64,000 nt of DNA from IMG/VR virus record IMGVR_UViG_3300044957_000763, positions 248,001 to 312,000 of that record; one strand, 5' to 3'. Positions within the stretch are counted from its first letter, which is position 1; every line of letters starts with the position of its first letter. The translations under genes were made by a program, and so were the position numbers. A model generated the notes under the pieces. The model saw nothing but the letters and a program-made list of their open reading frames with translations, searched no databases and was not told the origin of the DNA. Positions 1-8,779 of the stretch are shown here, in pieces.

Positions 1-22
1 GGTAAGCTCAATCAGGACTGAA

Positions 23-274
23 TCAGCTTTCCCCGGACACAGTTTTTGATTCATGTAGCACGCTCAATATGTCTTCAATATAGTCTTCTTTGGTTTGATT
101 GGGCTCGAGAATAATCACGTCATCTGCATTGTCACTTCCTATGTATTCGGTGATTCTTGCTCTAATCCAATGACTGCTTTCGCCCATCTCTTTGTACGCA
201 ATTGCTAAAGCTCGCCATTTCTTCATTAAACGTTTGCGCCGAATTTCTTGAAAGAATTTTATGATATTGCTCAT
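23..274 (-). CDS. hypothetical protein
   Basis: 83-aa ORF, overlaps the stop of the upstream Nudix gene. Confidence 0.5.
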   Translation of the reverse strand: MSNIIKFFQEIRRKRLMKKWRALAIAYKEMGESSHWIRARITEYIGSDNADDVIILEPNQTKEDYIEDILSVLHESKTVSGES

Positions 275-750
275 TCATCGCCCCACTGAGGTGTTATCAA
301 CAATTCTTGTTTGTCGAGCACACTCGCAAGTCTTTGCGCCGCCGGCCATGTGCACGGGAACGCCAGTTCGTTGATTGGCATTGTGTCAACTGTGAACCAA
401 TTCCATTCATAGAACTTATCAGGTTCTGCGTTGTACAAATCAAACCCAGGTATACGACTGGCTAGTGTATATACAGTCAGGTGATATGAGTCAAACTCTT
501 CTTTGTAATATGAGTGCGAACATAATTGACCAAGATATTTCACCACTAAACCACATTCCTCTTCGGTTTCGCGTTCTGTTGCGACACAAAAGTTCTCGCC
601 CCACTCGAGTCCGCCGCCAGGAAGACACCACAATCCGTCATCGTGCTTGCCAGTTTTGCGCCGACCCATTGGAAACCTTTTTTGTTCGTCTGGTACGAAC
701 ACGGCTACGCCTGGTCTGAATTTAAGTTTTCTTTCTATTTCTTTTGACAT
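271..750 (-). CDS. Nudix (MutT-like) hydrolase
   Basis: Nudix box GGGLEWGENFCVATERETEEECGL. Confidence 0.9.
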   Translation of the reverse strand: MSKEIERKLKFRPGVAVFVPDEQKRFPMGRRKTGKHDDGLWCLPGGGLEWGENFCVATERETEEECGLVVKYLGQLCSHSYYKEEFDSYHLTVYTLASRIPGFDLYNAEPDKFYEWNWFTVDTMPINELAFPCTWPAAQRLASVLDKQELLITPQWGDE

Positions 751-1098
751 TTATCTCACCCAATGGATTGTTGCAGTATTTCCGTTCACCTGTAATCCAA
801 GCCCATAAACATTTGGCTTGCTAACGGCAATATCTCTTGCTTCGTTGAATTTCTTGTTGACGCGCTCACCCGTGAGTCCCCATTTCTGTTCCCAGATTTC
901 TGCCTCTTGGTCATTGGCAAATACCGCGATAACATTGACCTCCATTGGGTCTGGACCCGCTGTTGTGGTGTTAACCGCAGCATATTTGCCAGCCCCAAGT
1001 GAAATCATGATGACCGCATCAGGAAAATCACCTGGGGTGTCAGTCATATCGCTGTCTTGCGAGTCAATCAGCTTATCAATGTCGATTACTGAACTCAT
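751..1098 (-). CDS. hypothetical protein
   Basis: 115-aa ORF tightly packed between neighbours. Confidence 0.6.
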   Translation of the reverse strand: MSSVIDIDKLIDSQDSDMTDTPGDFPDAVIMISLGAGKYAAVNTTTAGPDPMEVNVIAVFANDQEAEIWEQKWGLTGERVNKKFNEARDIAVSKPNVYGLGLQVNGNTATIHWVR

Positions 1099-1100
1099 GA

Positions 1101-1742
1101 CTATATTTTACCCCAAATAGCAATATGGTCTTGTTCTGGCGCGATGGCTCTTGAAACAATCCACGGATGGTATGCCTTATTATGCGGCAAATCCCACACG
1201 GGCTTCTCCCAGTGAGTTGTATCATTGCCAATATGAACGTAATTGTCGACCATGGCAATGATTTCTCTCTCATCAGGGCCGAACATGTTGCCAGTCGACA
1301 TACCCGGCTCCCACTTATGCGTGAGCCAGGATGCCACAACCACCTGCGGCTTGTATTTTGCCACAGCATCCACTGCATCAATGATGTCTACCACCGCAGG
1401 CGGACACGTACACGCCTGGCCCATCGCCTGATATTGTGCAATGATTTCCGGCCGCATCTGCATACCAGAATCCGTCATTGGAATACCAAGTGCATTGCCA
1501 AGATGACCATTACCAGCACCAACCTCGATTACGTTGCGACCAGCGATGAAATCGGTTAGGTATTCTACCAGCTCCTGCGTAGGGTACAAGTAGACGGCGT
1601 TCTGGCCACACCATAGCCTAAAGCTATCGCGATTGATGGCGTTGACTTCATCCGCTGGCAACACGCGACAGAAACCATTGCTGTCTAGCAATATGGAGTC
1701 AAGGTGTGTAACATCGTGTCTTTCAATGAAACTTACGTTCAT
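1101..1742 (-). CDS. class I SAM-dependent methyltransferase-like protein
   Basis: VIEVGAGNGHLG motif I; TGG-TATACT 6 nt before ATG. Confidence 0.6.
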   Translation of the reverse strand: MNVSFIERHDVTHLDSILLDSNGFCRVLPADEVNAINRDSFRLWCGQNAVYLYPTQELVEYLTDFIAGRNVIEVGAGNGHLGNALGIPMTDSGMQMRPEIIAQYQAMGQACTCPPAVVDIIDAVDAVAKYKPQVVVASWLTHKWEPGMSTGNMFGPDEREIIAMVDNYVHIGNDTTHWEKPVWDLPHNKAYHPWIVSRAIAPEQDHIAIWGKI

Positions 1743-1772
1743 TCAATCAGTATACCACGATATCACATTGGA

Positions 1773-1955
1773 TTACAACTCCGGTTCGTCAACCGGAGGT
1801 TTGGTGATAATTTTGGCGAACTCAAATAGCTCGTAGATTCGCCTTCTCCTATCAGCGCCCATGGTGTTGAGTGTAATAAAAACCGTAATGGTCATTTTAC
1901 CGGTTTGTTCATACTCGAGCAACTCGGACACTATTTCATTGTCGTCCATGGGCAT
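1773..1955 (-). CDS. small hypothetical protein
   Basis: start re-placed at ATG 1955, 5 nt after TATACT. Confidence 0.45.
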   Translation of the reverse strand: MPMDDNEIVSELLEYEQTGKMTITVFITLNTMGADRRRRIYELFEFAKIITKPPVDEPEL

Positions 1956-2009
1956 GATATAGTATACGGATTTTGCGCGTGTGTTACATGCATGTGCTAT
2001 AATCATATT

Positions 2010-2402
2010 ATGGAGTCTTTTTTGGAATCTTTGTTTCCGACCAACCCAGTGTTGCTGCAATGGGTTAGGAATAATTACCCAGACGCAGAGTGCATTATGT
2101 CTGGCTTGAACATGATGTCTGAATTGGGTTCCGTGGGGATGATGAGGCATCAAGTAAGAGATGTATCGCGCGCCACCGGCATTCCTACAAAAGACTTAGC
2201 TGAGTATTGCCGGTTGGTGTACGAAATAATGTCAAAAGACCGCCTAAGAATCACATTGGTTGAAATCAACATGTATGGCATTCAAGACGGTTGCACATTG
2301 TTGTGCCAAGTAGAGGAAGACGACGGTCCGTATGAAGTGGTCGAACGCATTTATGTTAAAGACCTACTTGACAAACACGGCATCATTTATCAAGAAATAT
2401 AG
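2010..2402 (+). CDS. hypothetical protein
   Basis: start re-placed at ATG 2010, 6 nt after TGC-TATAAT. Confidence 0.6.
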   Translation: MESFLESLFPTNPVLLQWVRNNYPDAECIMSGLNMMSELGSVGMMRHQVRDVSRATGIPTKDLAEYCRLVYEIMSKDRLRITLVEINMYGIQDGCTLLCQVEEDDGPYEVVERIYVKDLLDKHGIIYQEI

Positions 2403-3240
2403 CCTTGTCGTGTAGAGTGACTTTGTAACCGCTATTCTCTGCAACTTGTCTCACTGAAACCCACGCCCTGTTGTTCTCATCAATATCTGCCACGTCCAAC
2501 AGTACTGTTTTGGTACCTTGATTCCATTCAAGTTTGGAATTCTGAAGTAGCTTTACGGTGGAACCAGGAACGAGATATGTAGCGAAGTCTTTGGCGCGTG
2601 CAATCACAGAACCATTGGTAACACGATTATTTGTCCAGTCTTCTTTACCCGGAACAATAACAGTCCATTCTGAATAGTCTTCTGCATTTTCGTTCGCATC
2701 ATGACCATTAATGATTTCCTGAACAGCATTCACGACATAAGCCTTTTTCACCTTTGTGCCTGGACATGTTTTGCTGGTCTTTGGGTCATCACGGTGGAAT
2801 TTGATTGTATCTGCATTGACATCGAGCCTCTCGCACATAAGGGCTAATGCATGCATGGCATTATCGCGAACCAGCTTGCCTCTACCAGTGTCGAATGATT
2901 CAGTGTCATAGTACCCAAGCATTTCAACGCCCCATGACTTGTTGTTGAACGACGCTGCATGTACCCCTCGCTTGTCCATACGCTGAAATACAATAATTCC
3001 TTCGCCTTGGTCGTCTACGAACACATGCGGCGCACCGTTCCACCCAAGAGTGTTCTGATAGTAATGCAAAAGATTCTGCAAATGTTGCGCCGTAAATCCA
3101 TTGGGTCTTTGTGCCAACGAAGGAGACGCAGTGTGATGCAGTGTTACAAACGTGGGATTGAACGAAGAAAACTTCAGTGAATCCAGATAATCAGCAAATT
3201 CTTTGCGCGTCATGCGCTTACCAACAAACGGTACAGCCAT
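2383..3240 (-). CDS. N-acetylmuramoyl-L-alanine amidase (Amidase_2, endolysin-like) with C-terminal cell-surface domain
   Basis: TLHHTAS, GVHAASFN..SWGVEMLG, KFHRD...TCPG zinc-amidase motifs. Confidence 0.85.
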   Translation of the reverse strand: MAVPFVGKRMTRKEFADYLDSLKFSSFNPTFVTLHHTASPSLAQRPNGFTAQHLQNLLHYYQNTLGWNGAPHVFVDDQGEGIIVFQRMDKRGVHAASFNNKSWGVEMLGYYDTESFDTGRGKLVRDNAMHALALMCERLDVNADTIKFHRDDPKTSKTCPGTKVKKAYVVNAVQEIINGHDANENAEDYSEWTVIVPGKEDWTNNRVTNGSVIARAKDFATYLVPGSTVKLLQNSKLEWNQGTKTVLLDVADIDENNRAWVSVRQVAENSGYKVTLHDKAIFLDK

Positions 3241-3283
3241 GACTGTACTTATACATCTTAGTATCTATGCCGCATCATAATGC

Positions 3284-3739
3284 TCATTTGTGCTCTTCTT
3301 GATATTTGAGCGTTAGAGGCACGATGTACTGGGCAAAATTCTCATAGTTGGATTCTGCGAGTATCTTGGCCTGATTATCGTTAACACCAAGCGTGTGCTT
3401 GAAATAGAAAATCAGTGAATTCATGCCCAGTTGCTTTTTCTCTTCTGCTGCTTGTTCAAGACCAAGAATGTCATCCAGATAATCAAAGCACTCTTCGCCA
3501 TACTCATTCTCGTACCAACCAAACTCATCGCTGTCGCTAACAAAATTGTCCACAGACGAAGAAGACCCTACATAGCCATCAGAATGCTCTATGGCATATG
3601 CAATTGCATCTCGATAATCCTTGGGAGGGTTGTCTGTTTTGAATGTCTTGTTGAGACTCGGATTAGAGCTGTGCGTGACTTCAAATCCGTTGTAAACAAC
3701 CTTATCGTACTCGTAGTCGTAGTTGCAATTGATGAACAT
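3284..3739 (-). CDS. hypothetical protein
   Basis: ATG 3739 is 6 nt after TGC-TATACT. Confidence 0.6.
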   Translation of the reverse strand: MFINCNYDYEYDKVVYNGFEVTHSSNPSLNKTFKTDNPPKDYRDAIAYAIEHSDGYVGSSSSVDNFVSDSDEFGWYENEYGEECFDYLDDILGLEQAAEEKKQLGMNSLIFYFKHTLGVNDNQAKILAESNYENFAQYIVPLTLKYQEEHK

Positions 3740-3884
3740 GCATTGAGTATAGCACAATCATGCACAGTTATGATACGAAACCTGCCTCGTCGCTGCCTTG
3801 TCTTAATATCGTTACAATGTGGTATAATAATTGTGTTCGCCGGAGAACCAAATTTGTCAGTGGAGACGCACAAAGGAGGTACAA

Positions 3885-3950
3885 ATGGTAAAACAACTAG
3901 AGGATTTGATGAACCACATCATTGACTTGGTCATTAAAAACGACCACTAA
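3885..3950 (+). CDS. putative 21-aa small peptide MVKQLEDLMNHIIDLVIKNDH
   Basis: AAGGAGGT at 3873-3880; TGG-TATAAT at 3820-3828; not in the ORF track. Confidence 0.45.
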   Translation: MVKQLEDLMNHIIDLVIKNDH

Positions 3951-3952
3951 AC

Positions 3953-3975
3953 GAAAAGCCTACAAAGTAGTAGGC
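3953..3975 (-). terminator. intrinsic terminator
   Basis: GCCTAC/GTAGGC stem plus T-run on the minus strand, right after the stop at 3976. Confidence 0.55.
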
Positions 3976-4203
3976 CTACCAAAACTTTCGCACTGTGCGA
4001 AACACATCTTCTTCTGGGATATAGTACATCACCTTGCCAAACAAACCAATGAATCCGTTGTAAATACCAAGTTTGCTTGTGTAATACATTTGCTTGTCTT
4101 CGTCAAATTTCCATTGGAAGATTGAGTTGTCAGCAGTCTTTCTCTTTTTAGTCCAAAACAGTGGACGACTCCAATTTTCGTATTTTGCTTGATTGCTTGT
4201 CAT
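3976..4203 (-). CDS. hypothetical protein
   Basis: ORF starting MTSNQAK, 1 nt downstream of the previous stop. Confidence 0.55.
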   Translation of the reverse strand: MTSNQAKYENWSRPLFWTKKRKTADNSIFQWKFDEDKQMYYTSKLGIYNGFIGLFGKVMYYIPEEDVFRTVRKFW

Positions 4204-4204
4204 G

Positions 4205-4648
4205 TTATTTGCTCGGTGCTGTAAAGTACTCTCCAGCAATTGTGTGTGCGTCGAATACTTGTGTGCCATCAAAGTTTGTTATTTCGACTCCGCAATCTGG
4301 ATAGTCGCGCAAATCAATTGGAGCCATTTCAAGTGGACGTGCCTCTGAAAAACGACACAAGTCTTCAGCAACTTCCTTCGCCCTGGCCAGTGTTGGGTAT
4401 TCTGCAACACCATCGAGTTGCGGACCGTCTACTTTATATACGGTCCCGTGTTCTCCATTAATTGGGAACACATGGATGAATGTTCCGATTGGTTCAATGA
4501 TGTACCAATAATCCACTGACCCCAAGCCGTTGCGCTCCTGCTCCCACTTGATTGGTTTTGCATTACCCTTGATGACATCTACTGCTCGGTCAAGTTTTTC
4601 CCAGTATCTGCGGCTCTCTTCATTGTCGTAGTTGCGCTCGAATCTCAT
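4205..4648 (-). CDS. hypothetical protein
   Basis: 147-aa ORF; TGT-CATAAT 6 nt before ATG. Confidence 0.65.
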   Translation of the reverse strand: MRFERNYDNEESRRYWEKLDRAVDVIKGNAKPIKWEQERNGLGSVDYWYIIEPIGTFIHVFPINGEHGTVYKVDGPQLDGVAEYPTLARAKEVAEDLCRFSEARPLEMAPIDLRDYPDCGVEITNFDGTQVFDAHTIAGEYFTAPSK

Positions 4649-4655
4649 GATGTTA

Positions 4656-4895
4656 TTATGACACGTTTGTCAATTCCATCTCAATTGAAGCCAATTCGTG
4701 CTTCCGCATGCAAAACCTGCAATCCCTGAACTCTAACTCCACAGGGTCACCAAACGGTGCGATTTGCAACACCTAGACATTCGTGCCAATACACAATCCC
4801 AGTTCTTGAACCCTAAGCAGACAAACCTCATGACAAAGGAAGTTTGTCACTGTGCCCTTCCCGACTACGCGGAGCTCAGAAAGGAGCATGGTCAT
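4656..4895 (-). pseudogene. feoA: FeoA-family protein interrupted by an in-frame TAG (4773-4775)
   Basis: manual translation MTMLLSELRVVGKG...RVQELGLCIGTNV*VLQIAPFGDPVELEFRDCRFCMRKHELASIEM matches the FeoA pattern LGLxxGTxV..APxGDP...R. Confidence 0.8.
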
Positions 4896-4903
4896 CAACT
4901 GAC

Positions 4904-6241
4904 TTATACCAGAGCCAGCGGAGCACTGCCCAAAAACTCCTCGAGCAACTCAGGAATCCGGTGCTTATCCCAGTAGGGAATTACCAGAAGTGGAATGTTG
5001 TTGTCTTCACACCATTTGGCTTTGATGACGTCATGAAGTTGGACTTTGGCTAGATTGGCTGCCATTTGTTCTTGGGTGTCTTTACCAGAACTCCTGAATG
5101 AATATAGTTCATAGTGTTGTGTGCCATGAAATTCAATTAGCATTTGATTAGGCACACGAACACCAAAATCAAATGGTAGTGTCCTGGTGTCTCTGCAAAA
5201 AGTAAACCTAACTTGTTCTTGAAATTGATACCCTCGCTCAGCGAGCCATTTTCTAATTGTGTTTTCTCCTTTAGAAGAATGGCACCTTGGACAACCATTG
5301 CCTTGTAGGTGGCTTATGGGTTTTTGCTCAAAATCGCCATGCTTCTTGCATGTAATTACAACCATTGTTTTGTTGTGGACATACACCACCTTGTCGTAGT
5401 TGTACTGGTCTGTGCCATGAACCACCTTTGATTTCGCAACAAACTTTTCTGTGTTTGATTTGTTTCTATCTTTGTAACATTTTGGACAACCAGCACCTTG
5501 TAGGTGTTCGGTGGGTGTTTGCTTAAAATCGCCATGCTTTAAGCATATAATGGTAACCTTGGTGTGTGCACTGACATACACCACCTTGTCGTAATTGTAT
5601 GTGCCTGAATCATGAACCACCTTAGACCTGGCAACAAACTCTTCTGTGCTCGATTTTTTTCTATCATTACCACACTTAGTACAACCACGGCCTTGTATGT
5701 GTGTGCGGGGTCTTTGCTTAAAATCTCCATGCTTTAAGCATGTAATGACAACATTGGTTTGTGAATTGACATACACCACCTTGTCGTAATTGTATGTGCC
5801 TGAACCATGAGTCATATTAGACCTGGCAACAAATTCCTCAGTGTTTGACTTTTCATTGCCGGCACATTTTGGACAACCGGCACCTTGTAGGTGGCTTGCG
5901 GGACTTTGCTCAAAATCACCATGCTTCTTGCATATAATGACAACATTAGTGTAGCAACCAACATACACCACTTTGTCATAGCTGTACTGGTCTTCGCCAT
6001 GAACCACCTTGGACCTGGCAACAAATTCCTCAGTGTTTAATTTTTGCTTACCGCTACATTTTGAACAACCCCTACCTCGTAGGTGGCTGTTTGGCTTTTG
6101 TTCAAAATCACCATGCTTCTTGCATGTAATGATAACATTGGTTTTGCTTCTGGTATACACCACTTTGTCGTAGCTGTATCGCTTGTCATGAACAATATTA
6201 GCTCTATCAACAAACTCTTCTTTGTTTGATTTCGCAGGCAT
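4904..6241 (-). CDS. homing-endonuclease-like protein: five ~65-aa Cys/His zinc repeats plus C-terminal PD-(D/E)xK nuclease domain
   Basis: 5x YDKVVY...CxKHGDFxQxPxxHLxGxGCxKC; C-terminal LPFDF...LIEFHGTQHY. Confidence 0.8.
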   Translation of the reverse strand: MPAKSNKEEFVDRANIVHDKRYSYDKVVYTRSKTNVIITCKKHGDFEQKPNSHLRGRGCSKCSGKQKLNTEEFVARSKVVHGEDQYSYDKVVYVGCYTNVVIICKKHGDFEQSPASHLQGAGCPKCAGNEKSNTEEFVARSNMTHGSGTYNYDKVVYVNSQTNVVITCLKHGDFKQRPRTHIQGRGCTKCGNDRKKSSTEEFVARSKVVHDSGTYNYDKVVYVSAHTKVTIICLKHGDFKQTPTEHLQGAGCPKCYKDRNKSNTEKFVAKSKVVHGTDQYNYDKVVYVHNKTMVVITCKKHGDFEQKPISHLQGNGCPRCHSSKGENTIRKWLAERGYQFQEQVRFTFCRDTRTLPFDFGVRVPNQMLIEFHGTQHYELYSFRSSGKDTQEQMAANLAKVQLHDVIKAKWCEDNNIPLLVIPYWDKHRIPELLEEFLGSAPLALV

Positions 6242-6290
6242 AACACAAGTATTATGACTGTTTCTTCACCGGCACACCAATCTGAAAATA

Positions 6291-7646
6291 CCGTTCCTGT
6301 AAATCTACAAAAATCTACAAGTTTAAGTTTCAATCAGCTAAACCTATTGCTCGTCGCCGTTAGGCGACGTAGGCTTGTCTTAATGGATTGACAACTACTG
6401 GCGTTGCGGCAACGCTCCTATCCCATTCACAGCTGAAGGCTGTGTTTGGGAATACTTTTCGTCCTATGTTTGCACTGCCGTTGGCATCTGCATTAAGCAG
6501 CGCGCCTTCGGCACTGCGATACAAGCCTCGTTCTATACGAGTTCCAGAGAATGATTGTTCATTTTTCTGTCCTTTCTCCCAGACAGGGATTTCATCCCTA
6601 TCCAAGAACGATGCTTGACTTGTGTATGATTCTTCAGTAAAGATAACATCAATTCCCAAGGCGTTAGCCTTGTACTGAATTTTCTGCAACAAGTTACAGA
6701 AAGGAACAGATTGGAAGTTTTGATTAGTTTTCTTTCCTAGTTTTATCCCTGTTTTCCATCCATCGTTTTTTCCAATAACGATTGTTCCGATATTGTGCTT
6801 CGCACAATTCTCGATAATCATTTTGCTGACGTGATGGAAGTAATTTTCCAGTCTGAAGTATCTCTTTCGAGATGTTTTCTTACTGATATTTTTGTTGTAC
6901 CAGCGATTGAAACTCTTTACTATACGACCGTTGATAAGTATTGGACTATGCTTATCTGAAGTTATCGTTGCTAGATTATTCAATCCTATGTCAATGCAAC
7001 AAAAATTGTTCTTGTTGGCTCTCGCTTTCGGCAGAGCCTTCTGTTCGTATTGGACTTCGACCATAAAACCGAAGGTTTTTGGTGTAGCCACTACTTGTTT
7101 GAACGGTTTATCTGATTTGATGCTAAAGCATCCATTTGTTGGAGTTAGGAAATCCAACGGTTTTCCGCTTTGTCCTCCTTTAATAGTTTCATTATAGAAA
7201 ATGACTTGAGCTAGTTTCTTTTTATAATGCGGGGGCTTAGGACATCCAAGGAATTTGGATTTATCTTTTTTGTAAGCAGAGAGCGCCTTTCGATAATTAC
7301 TCCAATCCGTCAATACCTGACGGATTGTCTGCTTCGCCGTCTTTGTATTGTGTAGATTTTTGAAACAGTCTAGATGTTGAGTTTCTTTAATTAGAATACT
7401 AATATCTGGAAGTCTTTCTTTCTCAAACCAAGCCTTTCTCATGAGAAAATTGCATCTGTTGTAGAGTTCTTTGCTCATGCTTGCCAGTCTGAGCAATTCT
7501 TTCGTTGCTTTGATATGATGTCTTTCTACCACAATCACATAGTATATTTAAGGACATACCCTATCTTCACCTTATTGATTTATGAAGAAAGTAGAAATTG
7601 TTAGATATTCCTAGATTTTTGTAGATTTTTCAGAACAGTTTCGCAA
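6291..7646 (-). mobile_element. non-autonomous tnpB-only element with IS607-like ends
   Basis: GG at both junctions; perfect 17-bp inverted repeat at 6301-6317 and 7612-7628; removing the element restores the HNH C-terminus. Confidence 0.7.
6360..7538 (-). CDS. tnpB: TnpB RNA-guided endonuclease (rearranged RuvC-II type, no Zn finger)
   Basis: CIDIGLNNLAT, IGKNDGWK, EESYTSQASFLD, NADANGSANI. Confidence 0.9.
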   Translation of the reverse strand: MIVVERHHIKATKELLRLASMSKELYNRCNFLMRKAWFEKERLPDISILIKETQHLDCFKNLHNTKTAKQTIRQVLTDWSNYRKALSAYKKDKSKFLGCPKPPHYKKKLAQVIFYNETIKGGQSGKPLDFLTPTNGCFSIKSDKPFKQVVATPKTFGFMVEVQYEQKALPKARANKNNFCCIDIGLNNLATITSDKHSPILINGRIVKSFNRWYNKNISKKTSRKRYFRLENYFHHVSKMIIENCAKHNIGTIVIGKNDGWKTGIKLGKKTNQNFQSVPFCNLLQKIQYKANALGIDVIFTEESYTSQASFLDRDEIPVWEKGQKNEQSFSGTRIERGLYRSAEGALLNADANGSANIGRKVFPNTAFSCEWDRSVAATPVVVNPLRQAYVA

Positions 7647-8408
7647 CCCTTTAGGTGGCTTCTCTACACCCAGCCGCCGACACCATTTGTGAATGGCTGA
7701 ATCTGATACCCCAAGGTCGACGGCCAGTTGAGTCAATGGCTTAGACCATACGAGGGCCTTGAGCTCTTCCGCTGTTGGATGAGGAACTTTGTGACGAGAG
7801 GGACGGGGATTGGTGCGCCAGGTGGCACATTTGGCGCAATGTTTGAGCCTGCTATTAAATTGTGCATTACAATTTGGACATACTTTTTTGGGTTTGGCAT
7901 GAGCACAATTTCTTCCAGCAAATGTATCCGTTTGTGTATGGCAATGTGGGCACAAGATGCGCAAATTTTCAATACGGTTGTCGTTATTGTTGCCGTTAAT
8001 ATGGTCAAGCTGAAGAACCAGTGGCTTGTTGTTCCACACAGGTTTTTGCCCGCACTCTTCGCAAATGTCCAATTTTAGGCCAGCACTAATGAGTTTTCGC
8101 TTGAGGTCGCGACCATTGATGCCTGGGCCATTCAAAACTAAATATTCATTTAGGTTCCGACCAGTTTTCCATCCAGCTTTCTCGCCACTAGAGTATTGCT
8201 TAATGTGCGAATCATCAATGTTGTCTTGTTGAATTCTTGCTTTGAGAGTTCGTGAATAATACCCTCGATGGTCAAATCCCCAATAGTCCAATACTTCTGT
8301 ATATGTTTTTGATTTTAACACCAAAGCCTCAAAATCTATGACCGGCATTGTCCAAATTGGATTTCTTTTTCTTCTTGGCTTGATATTAGCAGAACAATTT
8401 TTCATCAT
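7611..8408 (-). CDS. HNH homing endonuclease
   Basis: CEECG...LQLDHINGNNNDNRIENLRILCPHCH; starts about 30 nt downstream of the tRNA cluster. Confidence 0.9.
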   Translation of the reverse strand: MMKNCSANIKPRRKRNPIWTMPVIDFEALVLKSKTYTEVLDYWGFDHRGYYSRTLKARIQQDNIDDSHIKQYSSGEKAGWKTGRNLNEYLVLNGPGINGRDLKRKLISAGLKLDICEECGQKPVWNNKPLVLQLDHINGNNNDNRIENLRILCPHCHTQTDTFAGRNCAHAKPKKVCPNCNAQFNSRLKHCAKCATWRTNPRPSRHKVPHPTAEELKALVWSKPLTQLAVDLGVSDSAIHKWCRRLGVEKPPKGLRNCSEKSTKI

Positions 8409-8438
8409 TGTGTTGTTCTTATACAACAAATGATAATT

Positions 8439-8513
8439 TGGCTCCCCGAGGAGGATTCGAACCGCCTTCTGGACGTTCAAAGCGTCCTATCCTAGCCAAT
8501 AGACGACCGGGGA
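8439..8513 (-). tRNA. tRNA-Gln(TTG)
   Basis: acceptor TCCCCGG/TCGGGGA, anticodon arm GGACG-CTTTGAA-CGTCC, TTCGAAT loop, encoded CCA. Confidence 0.92.
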
Positions 8514-8516
8514 GTA

Positions 8517-8591
8517 TGGCACCCAACCAAGGATTCGAACCTCGCTCTCGTGGTCCAGGGCCACGCGTCACTACCGCTAGACTAGTTGGGT
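8517..8591 (-). tRNA. tRNA-Gln(CTG) with C33
   Basis: acceptor ACCCAAC/GTTGGGT, anticodon arm CGTGG-CCCTGGA-CCACG, encoded CCA. Confidence 0.9.
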
Positions 8592-8594
8592 GTT

Positions 8595-8687
8595 TGGCTG
8601 CCGCTCCAGGGCTCGAACCTGGAAATCCATTCTGCATGGTCTTCTCGTTCAAAGCGAGAGATGTTCCCTAAATTACACTAAGCGGCA
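8595..8687 (-). tRNA. tRNA with TTG (Gln) anticodon and a 20-nt variable region
   Basis: acceptor TGCCGCT/AGCGGCA, arm TCTCG-CTTTGAA-CGAGA, variable AGACCATGCAGAATGGATTT, T-arm CCAGG-TTCGAGC-CCTGG, G73-CCA. Confidence 0.88.
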
Positions 8688-8779
8688 ATGCTGGTTTGTT
8701 GTGTGGGAAGCGCTGCTGTCTAACGTTTGCTGTTATTTTGCGAACGTTGTCGTGAGCTTGGCAGTATATTGCGTCAGCA

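Noticed and set aside
6296-7630. Cas12a-like repeat fragments (AATTTCTAC, TGTAGAT)
   Set aside because: No regularly spaced repeat-spacer array; the motifs are explained by the transposon ends.
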